This document shows, in pieces, positions 56,644-64,000 of a DNA stretch of 64,000 nucleotides (the first letter of the stretch is position 1; every line of letters starts with the position of its first letter). Both the position numbers and the translations under genes were made by a program. The notes under the pieces are model-generated. The model searched no databases. It saw only the letters and a program-made list of their open reading frames with translations, and had not been told where the DNA came from. The DNA lies in IMG/VR virus record IMGVR_UViG_3300032770_000001, positions 62,001 to 126,000 of that record; one strand, given 5' to 3'.

Positions 56644-57912
56644 GTGGCAAAGAAACAAACAGTTGAAGTTGAAGATACGCGAGTAATGACGCTCAAGCAG
56701 CGTCAGGCGGCGTTTAGCAAGATTCGCGGCAACAGCGAAAAGGACTATCGCGTCATCGACCCGGAGAAGATCGAAGAGGTTATCCCCTACGGTTTGCTCA
56801 CGCTCGACGAGGTCTGCTTGCTTGGCGGCATCAAACGTCGCGGTCGCGTGATTGACATTCACGGCGACGAGCACTCCGGCAAGTCAACCCTTACCTACAC
56901 CATCGTCCGCAACTATCAGCGGCAGACAGGCGAACCTGCTGTCATTTTCGATTTTGAACGCACTGGCGATTGGTCTTACCTCCACAAGATTGGCGTGGAC
57001 GACACGCTTTGCGAGCTATACCAGCCCGACTCCATTCAGGACGCCGAACGCCGCACTTTGGAGTTCATGAAAGGCGGCACCCGCCTGTTCGTGTTCGACT
57101 CCATCATTCGTATGCGTGAAGAAGTGGACGAGAAGGCGATCATGTCAGGAGACGCCCACAAGACGACTCCCGGCGAGCACGCTCGCGCAATGGAACGTTT
57201 CTTCATCAACATGCTGACTCCGGCTGCACGCCATGACTGTGTTTTCTTGATGGTCAATCAGACCCGTGCGCGTATCGAGGCATCACAGGAGGCGATGTAC
57301 GCCCAAAAGTACCCCTCTTTCACAAATTTGCCTTACGTGCTTCCGGGCGGCAAGACCTGCCGTTTCACACCTTCAGTCATGATTGAGACTAAGGTGCACA
57401 AGGCATTGCGTGCTGGCTCCGGCGATGATGAGTTCCTGATTGATCCAGCGGCGGGGATTAAAGACAAGGAAGACTTCGTCGCAACCCGTGTCAAGGTCCG
57501 TATTCTGAAAAACAAGGTCACGGGCGGCGGGTACCGCGAGGGCGGCATGTACATGCGCCCCGGTTCTGGCTTCGACGACAACATCAGCATCCGCGAGTAT
57601 GCCCGTGAGTATGGGTTAATCGCCAACAAGGGAGCCAAGTGGTTTGTCGGTACCGACGCGGATAATGCCATCGCAACGTACCCGAACAAGGACGCGGCAG
57701 TTGAAGACCTCGTTGTCAAACAGAACCCTGAGGTTCTCCAAAAATTACGCGCTCTGCTGATCGAGACGATCCGTAAGGACGATTCCGGTCGCCACACCTT
57801 CGAAGTCACCGATCAGGATCAGCGTTATCTGGCTGGCGTCGATGACACGGAAAGCGTCGATGGAGTGCCGAAAGCCAAGGGTTTTGAAGTCGTGGACGTG
57901 GATTTGGACTAA
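56644..57912 (+). CDS. recA: RecA/UvsX-like recombinase
   Basis: GDEHSGKST, DFE, VFDS, NQTR, PGG and KNKV motifs. Confidence 0.9.
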   Translation: MAKKQTVEVEDTRVMTLKQRQAAFSKIRGNSEKDYRVIDPEKIEEVIPYGLLTLDEVCLLGGIKRRGRVIDIHGDEHSGKSTLTYTIVRNYQRQTGEPAVIFDFERTGDWSYLHKIGVDDTLCELYQPDSIQDAERRTLEFMKGGTRLFVFDSIIRMREEVDEKAIMSGDAHKTTPGEHARAMERFFINMLTPAARHDCVFLMVNQTRARIEASQEAMYAQKYPSFTNLPYVLPGGKTCRFTPSVMIETKVHKALRAGSGDDEFLIDPAAGIKDKEDFVATRVKVRILKNKVTGGGYREGGMYMRPGSGFDDNISIREYAREYGLIANKGAKWFVGTDADNAIATYPNKDAAVEDLVVKQNPEVLQKLRALLIETIRKDDSGRHTFEVTDQDQRYLAGVDDTESVDGVPKAKGFEVVDVDLD

Positions 57913-58175
57913 TGCATACTCCTGAGACATGTCCCTATTGTGGTGATTTTCAGTCCGGGCTGCCGTCCGTATTCGACCCTGAATTGAACGTCTTCAAAAA
58001 GCACGTTTTGGCGAAGCTGGCTGAGCTTGAAAGTCGAGTACAGCGGGAAGAGTGGCGCGACATGCCGATAGGACCGAGACCTGAAAGCTATGAGCCCGAT
58101 CCGAAAGTTGTTGAGGCTCTCGTCGAACGAGCACGAAAGGCGATAAAAGATGCCGAGTCAGAAAGCAACTCGTGA
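57912..58175 (+). CDS. Hypothetical protein
   Basis: Coupled 87-aa ORF. Confidence 0.5.
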   Translation: MHTPETCPYCGDFQSGLPSVFDPELNVFKKHVLAKLAELESRVQREEWRDMPIGPRPESYEPDPKVVEALVERARKAIKDAESESNS

Positions 58176-58377
58176 GCATGTTGTCACCGATCAAGGCAAT
58201 GGCGGGGCGTATTGCTCTAACTGCGGTTACGATCTAACGTCCAAGATGAACCCCGATTTTTGGGCAAACAATTCAGTGTACAATTATTTTCTTCCAGTCC
58301 CCAATCCTTGTCCGGGTTGCGGCTTAGAGTGGGAAGAGGGCGGCACGTATATCAACTACGGGGGTTCAGACTTCTGA
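58150..58377 (+). CDS. Zinc-ribbon protein
   Basis: CSNC...CPGC. Confidence 0.5.
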   Translation: MPSQKATREHVVTDQGNGGAYCSNCGYDLTSKMNPDFWANNSVYNYFLPVPNPCPGCGLEWEEGGTYINYGGSDF

Positions 58378-58709
58378 TGGCGAATAAGAAAAACATTCCC
58401 CACAAGCACGAGTTCGTGGACTGTGGTTATGATGAACAGCAATGCGATAGCGCCTGTCGCGCCACACATGTGTGTGAGACCTGCGGCAAGACCCGTTCGC
58501 AAATTGCGAAGCAGACTGGAGACGTTCTCTTTCAAGTTAAGGATCAGACGGTGACTGTCCTCGCCCTGCTGAACCAAGTTGTAAACGCTACCAGCCTTGA
58601 AGAAGCCGTGGACACGGTGAAAAGCTGTTCCGACCAACTCGCCGCGATAGCACGACAGCAACTTGTCGAACTGGCGGTCTGGGAAGAAAAGCGTGAAGTT
58701 CTCCGGTAA
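58377..58709 (+). CDS. Hypothetical protein
   Basis: TGATG-coupled; Cys-rich N-terminus. Confidence 0.5.
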   Translation: MANKKNIPHKHEFVDCGYDEQQCDSACRATHVCETCGKTRSQIAKQTGDVLFQVKDQTVTVLALLNQVVNATSLEEAVDTVKSCSDQLAAIARQQLVELAVWEEKREVLR

Positions 58710-59838
58710 AAACTTTCAGCCGTGGGCTGAGTTTTCGATGGATATCGACAAACTCACCGTACTCACAGGCCCGTCCAACAAAGGCAAAAGCTCTCTCTTC
58801 CGTGCCTTGCTGGGACTTCTACGTAACGAAATGGATGCTTCGTTTATCCGTGACCCCAAGGACGAAGCGATGGAACTCACCCTTGAAATCGACGGAATGA
58901 CGATTAAGGCGACCCGGAACAAGCGTGGCAAGGTCTCTTACGTTTTGAACGGGGATGAAGAACACCCGTACACCAGTCTGGACGGGGCTATCCCGCCGCC
59001 CATGAAAGCCCTCGCCTGCGGGGAGATCACGGTCGGCGAGTTTACTTTTGACCCAATTTTCGGACGGCAGAACTCGCCTCAGTTCTTGCTGGACAAGAAA
59101 GCCTACAAGCCGGGGGACATGAACGCCATTCTGGGGGCTTTCGGCGGCACTGAGCGGTTGGAAGCCGGGAAGAAAGAGGCAGGCAGTCGGATATCGGAGA
59201 AAAACAGTGAAGCCAAGACAGTGGCTTCTGAAATACGGCAGGCTGAAGAGCGTCGGTTGGCTCTCGATCCTATGGCTCTACAGGGGTCGGGGCTGGTGGT
59301 CAACCTCAATGCCCTTGAAAAAGACGCCCGTGGGTTCGAGGCGGAAACGGCATGGGCAGGTGAAGCAGCGACTCGTTTAACGCGAGCCTTACGCCTCAGG
59401 CTGCTTCTGGATCAATTGACCATGCCGGACATCGTCTCGGCGGAAAAGCTCGCTCTAAAGGCGTCCTATGCGCAGCAAGGGGTGGATTCTTACCTCTATG
59501 TCAAGTTCCTGAAGAAATTTTTGAACGCGATTAACGCTCTGGACTGGGCACCCGTAGCCGAGAAGGTGACATTACTGTCCGCCGTGGAGAAGGTCCAGAA
59601 TTTGAGGGCAACACGCCGCACGCCTCCGGATATTTCTCAAATTGATGGCACTTACTCCGAAGCCATCGGTTTGTACCTGCGTATTAAACGGGTAGGGGAG
59701 ATCATTGCCCTCCGGGAGTCGATCCAGCAGAAGCAGGCTGAATTGACTGAAATTGACCGAAATCTGACCGAAGCACAGGAGGAACTCCGCAAGGGTTCCT
59801 GCCCGAAGTGCGGAAAGCCTCTCGAACATGTCTGCTAA
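58693..59838 (+). CDS. SbcC/Rad50-like ATPase, N-terminal half
   Basis: KNFQ, Walker A GPSNKGKSS, coiled coil, ends at CPKC hook. Confidence 0.8.
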   Translation: MKFSGKNFQPWAEFSMDIDKLTVLTGPSNKGKSSLFRALLGLLRNEMDASFIRDPKDEAMELTLEIDGMTIKATRNKRGKVSYVLNGDEEHPYTSLDGAIPPPMKALACGEITVGEFTFDPIFGRQNSPQFLLDKKAYKPGDMNAILGAFGGTERLEAGKKEAGSRISEKNSEAKTVASEIRQAEERRLALDPMALQGSGLVVNLNALEKDARGFEAETAWAGEAATRLTRALRLRLLLDQLTMPDIVSAEKLALKASYAQQGVDSYLYVKFLKKFLNAINALDWAPVAEKVTLLSAVEKVQNLRATRRTPPDISQIDGTYSEAIGLYLRIKRVGEIIALRESIQQKQAELTEIDRNLTEAQEELRKGSCPKCGKPLEHVC

Positions 59839-59933
59839 TAAACGAGATAAAATTCAAGCATTCCTATGCTGGCTACTGCGTGCCCATGTTTGGTCGGATG
59901 GGCGTTGTATCCTTTGTTTCAAACAGGAGAATC

Positions 59934-60221
59934 ATGGAAGCTAAAGAAAAACTGACGCAATTGAAAGCGCGGGTGTCAGCCCTTCAAGCCAGCAAGGACC
60001 GGATCAATCGCGAGCAGGGTATCGAGGAGCGCAAGCTGGAAGAGGCTTACGGCAAGCTCCGCGAACTGGGGGTCGAGAACCCGGAGCAGATGTCCGCCAA
60101 AGCATTACAGGCTCTCGCCGACGAAGCGCAGACCAACCTGACTCAGATTCTCGCAACGCTGGAAGAACAGGTTACGCAGGGCGAAATTTTGTTGCAGAAA
60201 TACGAGCAGCTTCAGTCCTAA
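59934..60221 (+). CDS. Coiled-coil hypothetical protein
   Basis: AGGAG RBS; heptad-rich. Confidence 0.6.
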   Translation: MEAKEKLTQLKARVSALQASKDRINREQGIEERKLEEAYGKLRELGVENPEQMSAKALQALADEAQTNLTQILATLEEQVTQGEILLQKYEQLQS

Positions 60222-60239
60222 GCCGCAGTATTACCACTC

Positions 60240-60674
60240 ATGGGATACGTCTACCTCGCGAGTCCGTACACGGCAGATTCGATGCTGGTCCGTGAGACTC
60301 GTTTTATTCACAACATTCACGCTTCAGCTTATCTCATTAACACGCTGAAGCAGCACGTCTTCAGCCCGGTAGTGCACTGTCATCCCATTGTCTTCCGTTA
60401 TGAACTGCCGCAGGAGTGGGAGTTCTGGTCTCAATACGATGAGATCATGATCTCAAACGCCGATGAACTGTGGGTGCTCTGCCTGCCGGGGTACACCAAC
60501 TCGATGGGCGTTCAAACCGAATTGAAGATTGCTAAAAAACTTGGCAAGCGGGTGCGCTACCTGATTCCACACGAGTTTGGGTATGATCTGACAGACGACG
60601 CCCCCAAAGAAGAGAACCTGTACGGTTTAGTTCTCCCCGGTCGGTTGGTAACGGAGAAAGTCAGTGACGTTTAA
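60240..60674 (+). CDS. DUF1937-like (deoxyribosyltransferase fold) protein
   Basis: YLASPY...FSPVVHCH...W...D...GVQTE pattern. Confidence 0.75.
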   Translation: MGYVYLASPYTADSMLVRETRFIHNIHASAYLINTLKQHVFSPVVHCHPIVFRYELPQEWEFWSQYDEIMISNADELWVLCLPGYTNSMGVQTELKIAKKLGKRVRYLIPHEFGYDLTDDAPKEENLYGLVLPGRLVTEKVSDV

Positions 60675-61674
60675 GACAGTAGTTCTTCCCCATGCGAAGG
60701 TCAACCTAGTCTGGATCACAGACCTGCACTTCAGTGAAATTGCTCCCGGTCGTCGCGGCGACGATTATAAATCGGCACTGCTCGACAAATTGAACTTCGT
60801 GTGCGATCTTACAGAGAGACTCCACGGAGTCGGCATCTGCGGGGGCGATGTCTTCCATGAAAAGAAAGCTAAACATCCTGCTAACAGCCTCAGCCTGCTC
60901 GTTAGCCTACTTCGGGCATTCCGTCGTTTTCCTACAGAATGTGTGTACGGCAGCGTGGGTAACCATGACTTGTTCAACGATAGGATGGATTCTCTTCCGC
61001 ATCAGCCTCTAGGTCTGCTGATCGCTGCTGGCGTCTATCACGATTTGAATAAAGACCCAGTCATTTTCACCAATCAGGATCAGACCGTTAAGGTCTCGGT
61101 CGAAACATTTCCCTACGCTCCCGGCGACAGAACGTTGGAACGACTCCTCGAATCCGGGCCAAGACACGAAGGCGTTGACATCCGTGTTGGCGTCGTTCAC
61201 TCCTATGGCGAGCCGGGTAATGGTGGTACCCTCTACGGCGAGCCGAAGATCGGCTACAACCAAGTCTCCCATCTGGACTTCGACTTCCTGCTCTGGGGGC
61301 ACGACCACAGCCGCAAAGAGACGGAGACAGTTGGTAACATCACCCACATCAATTTGGGCTCCATGGCACGGGCAGCGTTCTCCTACGATGAAAAGGATCG
61401 CCCGGTCGTGGCTCAGATTATCTCTTGCGCCCCGGATGGCGTCCGCCTGCTGGAAAAGCCGATCCCGGTCAAACCGTTGGAGTCCGTCTTCATCCACGCC
61501 GACAAAGCCGTTGAAAAGGTGGGCAAATCCGTCGATGTCATGGACTTCTTTGCTAAGATGGAAGAGACGATGGAAGGTATCGAAACCAGTGAACCACGAG
61601 AAGTCATGGAGACCCTTGCAGGAGACGACAAGAAGCTGTTAAAGTTGGGTCTGGAGCTATGCAATCTGGGCTGA
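60664..61674 (+). CDS. SbcD/Mre11-like nuclease
   Basis: TDLH, GGDVF, GNHD, GHDH and NLGS motifs; near SbcC. Confidence 0.85.
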   Translation: MTFKTVVLPHAKVNLVWITDLHFSEIAPGRRGDDYKSALLDKLNFVCDLTERLHGVGICGGDVFHEKKAKHPANSLSLLVSLLRAFRRFPTECVYGSVGNHDLFNDRMDSLPHQPLGLLIAAGVYHDLNKDPVIFTNQDQTVKVSVETFPYAPGDRTLERLLESGPRHEGVDIRVGVVHSYGEPGNGGTLYGEPKIGYNQVSHLDFDFLLWGHDHSRKETETVGNITHINLGSMARAAFSYDEKDRPVVAQIISCAPDGVRLLEKPIPVKPLESVFIHADKAVEKVGKSVDVMDFFAKMEETMEGIETSEPREVMETLAGDDKKLLKLGLELCNLG

Positions 61675-61886
61675 CAGCTTACGATGCGGCAATCATTACG
61701 GCTATTGCGGTCTCTTTTGTCGGAATTATCTGGGCAAGCTATCAGTTGAGAAAACACAGACGAGAGATCAAGATCGTCGGCATCGTCAAAGCTGAAACCG
61801 GAATCAGACCTCCAAAATATTTGCTGAAGCTGTACGAAGCAACTTTTCGTCCCGATAGTAAGGGATCAGGTGATGAGCAGCGGTAA
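61659..61886 (+). CDS. Small membrane protein
   Basis: One TM helix. Confidence 0.45.
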   Translation: MQSGLTAYDAAIITAIAVSFVGIIWASYQLRKHRREIKIVGIVKAETGIRPPKYLLKLYEATFRPDSKGSGDEQR

Positions 61887-62205
61887 GGATCGCGTCGAAG
61901 AGCGAATCTATAAAAGCCTGTGGCATATCCTCATCGCCGGGGTTGGCGTCTACGAGCTTCGCAATCATAAAACCAAGCTTTCAAAAGTTCTTGCCTGTGG
62001 GCTGATTGCATTCCACATCGATGGGGCTATCGCGGACATTTGCGATAGCAAACCCTTGTCGCGGCGGGTATTAGAAAGTATACGACCGGAGAAACGCGAT
62101 GAGTCCCTCAATAGCACTAAGCTTAAACAGCTTGAAAGACGCCTCGAAAAGTTACGGCAGCAAACCGTACTGGTTCGGCCTCGGCTTCATCCAACTGAAG
62201 CTTAA
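61870..62205 (+). CDS. Hypothetical protein
   Basis: Coupled ORF. Confidence 0.45.
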   Translation: MMSSGKDRVEERIYKSLWHILIAGVGVYELRNHKTKLSKVLACGLIAFHIDGAIADICDSKPLSRRVLESIRPEKRDESLNSTKLKQLERRLEKLRQQTVLVRPRLHPTEA

Positions 62206-62701
62206 CGACGTTTCCCGCGTTCATTACTGGTGTCCTTGGATTCCGGCCCATGAGCGGGAAGAGATTCACGATCATCGCTACAACTTCAAGTCTACGGTTG
62301 TCGCCGGGGTCTTGCATTTCGAGCTTTATGAGCCTACGCCAATGCAGCGGGATCACGTTTTCACTCATGAATTGTTTCAGACGGATTGTGCGCCGGGGCA
62401 TGAAGGCAACAAAGACCACAAAGTTTATCCGGTGACTCTGGAACATCGCGGCACCTATGACGTGCACGCCGGGTCGAGTTACTGGTTCAGCGAAAAGCAA
62501 TTCCACACGACTGAGGGCACGAGATTCGCCATCACGTATCTGGAACGCGAGGAGAAGACCAAGCAGTTTGCGAACGTAATTAAGCCTAAGGGAGCCCCGG
62601 TCTCCTGCCCGTTTGCGAAGACGTTACCGGAAGATGAATGCTGGAGCTACATCGAACAGGCGATTGCAGCGGCGTACTTTTTGAAAGACAGTCATGGCTA
62701 A
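62099..62701 (+). CDS. Cupin-fold hypothetical protein
   Basis: IHDHRYNFKSTVVAG...GSSY...QFH. Confidence 0.55.
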   Translation: MSPSIALSLNSLKDASKSYGSKPYWFGLGFIQLKLNDVSRVHYWCPWIPAHEREEIHDHRYNFKSTVVAGVLHFELYEPTPMQRDHVFTHELFQTDCAPGHEGNKDHKVYPVTLEHRGTYDVHAGSSYWFSEKQFHTTEGTRFAITYLEREEKTKQFANVIKPKGAPVSCPFAKTLPEDECWSYIEQAIAAAYFLKDSHG

Positions 62702-63512
62702 CATCAACACAATTTCGGACGTTTTCTTCACGTCCGACTGCCACTTCTACCACGGCAAGATTCTGTGGTTGGGTAACGGTCGTCCGTTCGGTCCGGCTGC
62801 CGCACTCAAGGAAGCGGGACGGGCGTGGCTCACCGTCGAGCACGAGTTACGAACGGCTAAAACGGCTCTGGCTCTGAAACAGGGAAGCAGCGAGGCTGAA
62901 GTCAAGGCGCTCGAAGCCAAGGAACTCGCCCTGCGTGAAGCCCTGAAGCCGATGGAAGCGGAAGGTCTGAAGGAAATGAATGAGGTTCTGGTCGAACGAC
63001 ACAACAAAGTCGTTCGTAAGGGCTCTCGTGTCTACAATCTGGGTGATGTATTCCTGAACTGCACTTTGGAGCAGGCTTTGGCAATCCGCCGAATGCTGGC
63101 TGGTCAGCATTTCTTGCTGGAAGGCAATCACGACAGCATCGCCGTGGAGATGGCAAAGCACGGCTCTTGGGTTTGGGTTAAGGACCGCAAACGCATTGAC
63201 GTTCAGATTCCTGACGGCATCGTTGCTCAGGGGCAAACGAAACACAAGATCATGCTGAGTCACTATGCACACTTGACTTGGCACGGCTCGAACAAAGGTG
63301 TCTGGCATTTGTACGGACACTCTCACAACCAACTGGAAGGATGGAAGGACACAGTATTGTCTAACATGCTCTCTTTTGACGTGGGCGTAGATTGCTGGGA
63401 TTACACCCCGGTATCCCTCGAACAGGTCATCGAGAAGATGAAGACGAAAATCCCGGTCTGGCAGGAGTGGCGAAACACCCTGAAGGCACGGGATATCGAA
63501 ATGGAATTCTAA
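62694..63512 (+). CDS. Metallophosphoesterase with helical insertion
   Basis: TSDCHF, LGD, GNHD, LSHY, GHSH and DVGVD motifs. Confidence 0.85.
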   Translation: MANINTISDVFFTSDCHFYHGKILWLGNGRPFGPAAALKEAGRAWLTVEHELRTAKTALALKQGSSEAEVKALEAKELALREALKPMEAEGLKEMNEVLVERHNKVVRKGSRVYNLGDVFLNCTLEQALAIRRMLAGQHFLLEGNHDSIAVEMAKHGSWVWVKDRKRIDVQIPDGIVAQGQTKHKIMLSHYAHLTWHGSNKGVWHLYGHSHNQLEGWKDTVLSNMLSFDVGVDCWDYTPVSLEQVIEKMKTKIPVWQEWRNTLKARDIEMEF

Positions 63513-63528
63513 TTGGTTCGGAGGGTTT

Positions 63529-63897
63529 GTGAGCGAGACGGTAAAGACATACGATGCGGCGGCTGGAGAGCCGATGCCGACTGGTAATGGCGTTGACGTG
63601 GCGGTCGTCGCAGCGCAGTGGTTCAAAAACAACGGATACGATGAAATCGCCGAGGACATTGAAGCGCGTATCCGTTTAGGCGAACGCAAGTACGGCACCC
63701 GCCTGAAAGCGTTTAATGGACGTGTGGCGTTGATGGACTTATATCAGGAAGTCCTCGATGCCATCAATTACGCTCAGCAGTGTGTGATTGAGGACAAGCC
63801 GGACAAAGTCACGGCTCAGATCATCCTTGACAAGCTGCAACTGCTGGCGGTACAAGTGCAGGGGCATTTGAAACATGGCGAACAAACTTCACTGTGA
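63529..63897 (+). CDS. All-alpha nucleotide pyrophosphatase-like protein
   Basis: RIRLGERKYGT...LYQEVLDAINY. Confidence 0.5.
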   Translation: MSETVKTYDAAAGEPMPTGNGVDVAVVAAQWFKNNGYDEIAEDIEARIRLGERKYGTRLKAFNGRVALMDLYQEVLDAINYAQQCVIEDKPDKVTAQIILDKLQLLAVQVQGHLKHGEQTSL

Positions 63898-64000
63898 TTG
63901 TTGCGGAGCAATCGACGGCACCAATCTCACCGTCAAAAGCTCAAAAACAAACAGAACGGTAGCCTCTGCCGTTTACAAGGTGTGGCACGGCGTAACTTTC
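63875..64000 (+). CDS. Hypothetical protein (3'-partial)
   Basis: MANKLHCDCCG..., open to the window end. Confidence 0.4.
   Translation, partial: MANKLHCDCCGAIDGTNLTVKSSKTNRTVASAVYKVWHGVTF

Noticed and set aside
1-64000. Stop-codon reassignment or suppressor tRNA
   Set aside because: Long genes are intact in the standard code, all three stop codons end credible genes, and no CTA/TCA/TTA anticodon was found.
1-64000. CRISPR array
   Set aside because: No regularly spaced 25-45-nt direct repeats were seen; the 21650-21830 repeats are heptamers.

Overview
A 64-kb segment of a large myovirus-like (jumbo-type) dsDNA phage; an outer-membrane beta-barrel and a lipoprotein suggest a diderm host. 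1-19.3 kb (mostly minus strand): lysin-like genes, an HNH endonuclease and a contractile-tail baseplate/tape-measure module. 19.5-27 kb: DnaB-like helicase, a probable replication initiator with internal iteron-like repeats, class II ribonucleotide reductase and an ECF sigma factor. 27-32.4 kb: an RNA island with 17 tRNAs, an RNase P RNA and several tRNA-like or unassigned structured RNAs. 33-64 kb: tail fibres, DinG, HU, SSB, DnaQ-like exonuclease, RuvC, RecA, a half-length SbcC with SbcD, and nucleotide-metabolism genes. Main finding: every tRNA decodes a GNN codon (Ala, Val, Gly, Asp, Glu) or Cys. Sixteen of the 17, plus RNase P RNA, lie downstream of a sigma70-type promoter, a 43-codon leader ORF built largely from those same codons, and a complete 1:2 / 2:3 / 3:4 antiterminator-terminator architecture. 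This looks like a ribosome-stalling attenuator that would switch on a backup tRNA set when those tRNAs become limiting. All calls come from reading the sequence; no database search or folding program was run.
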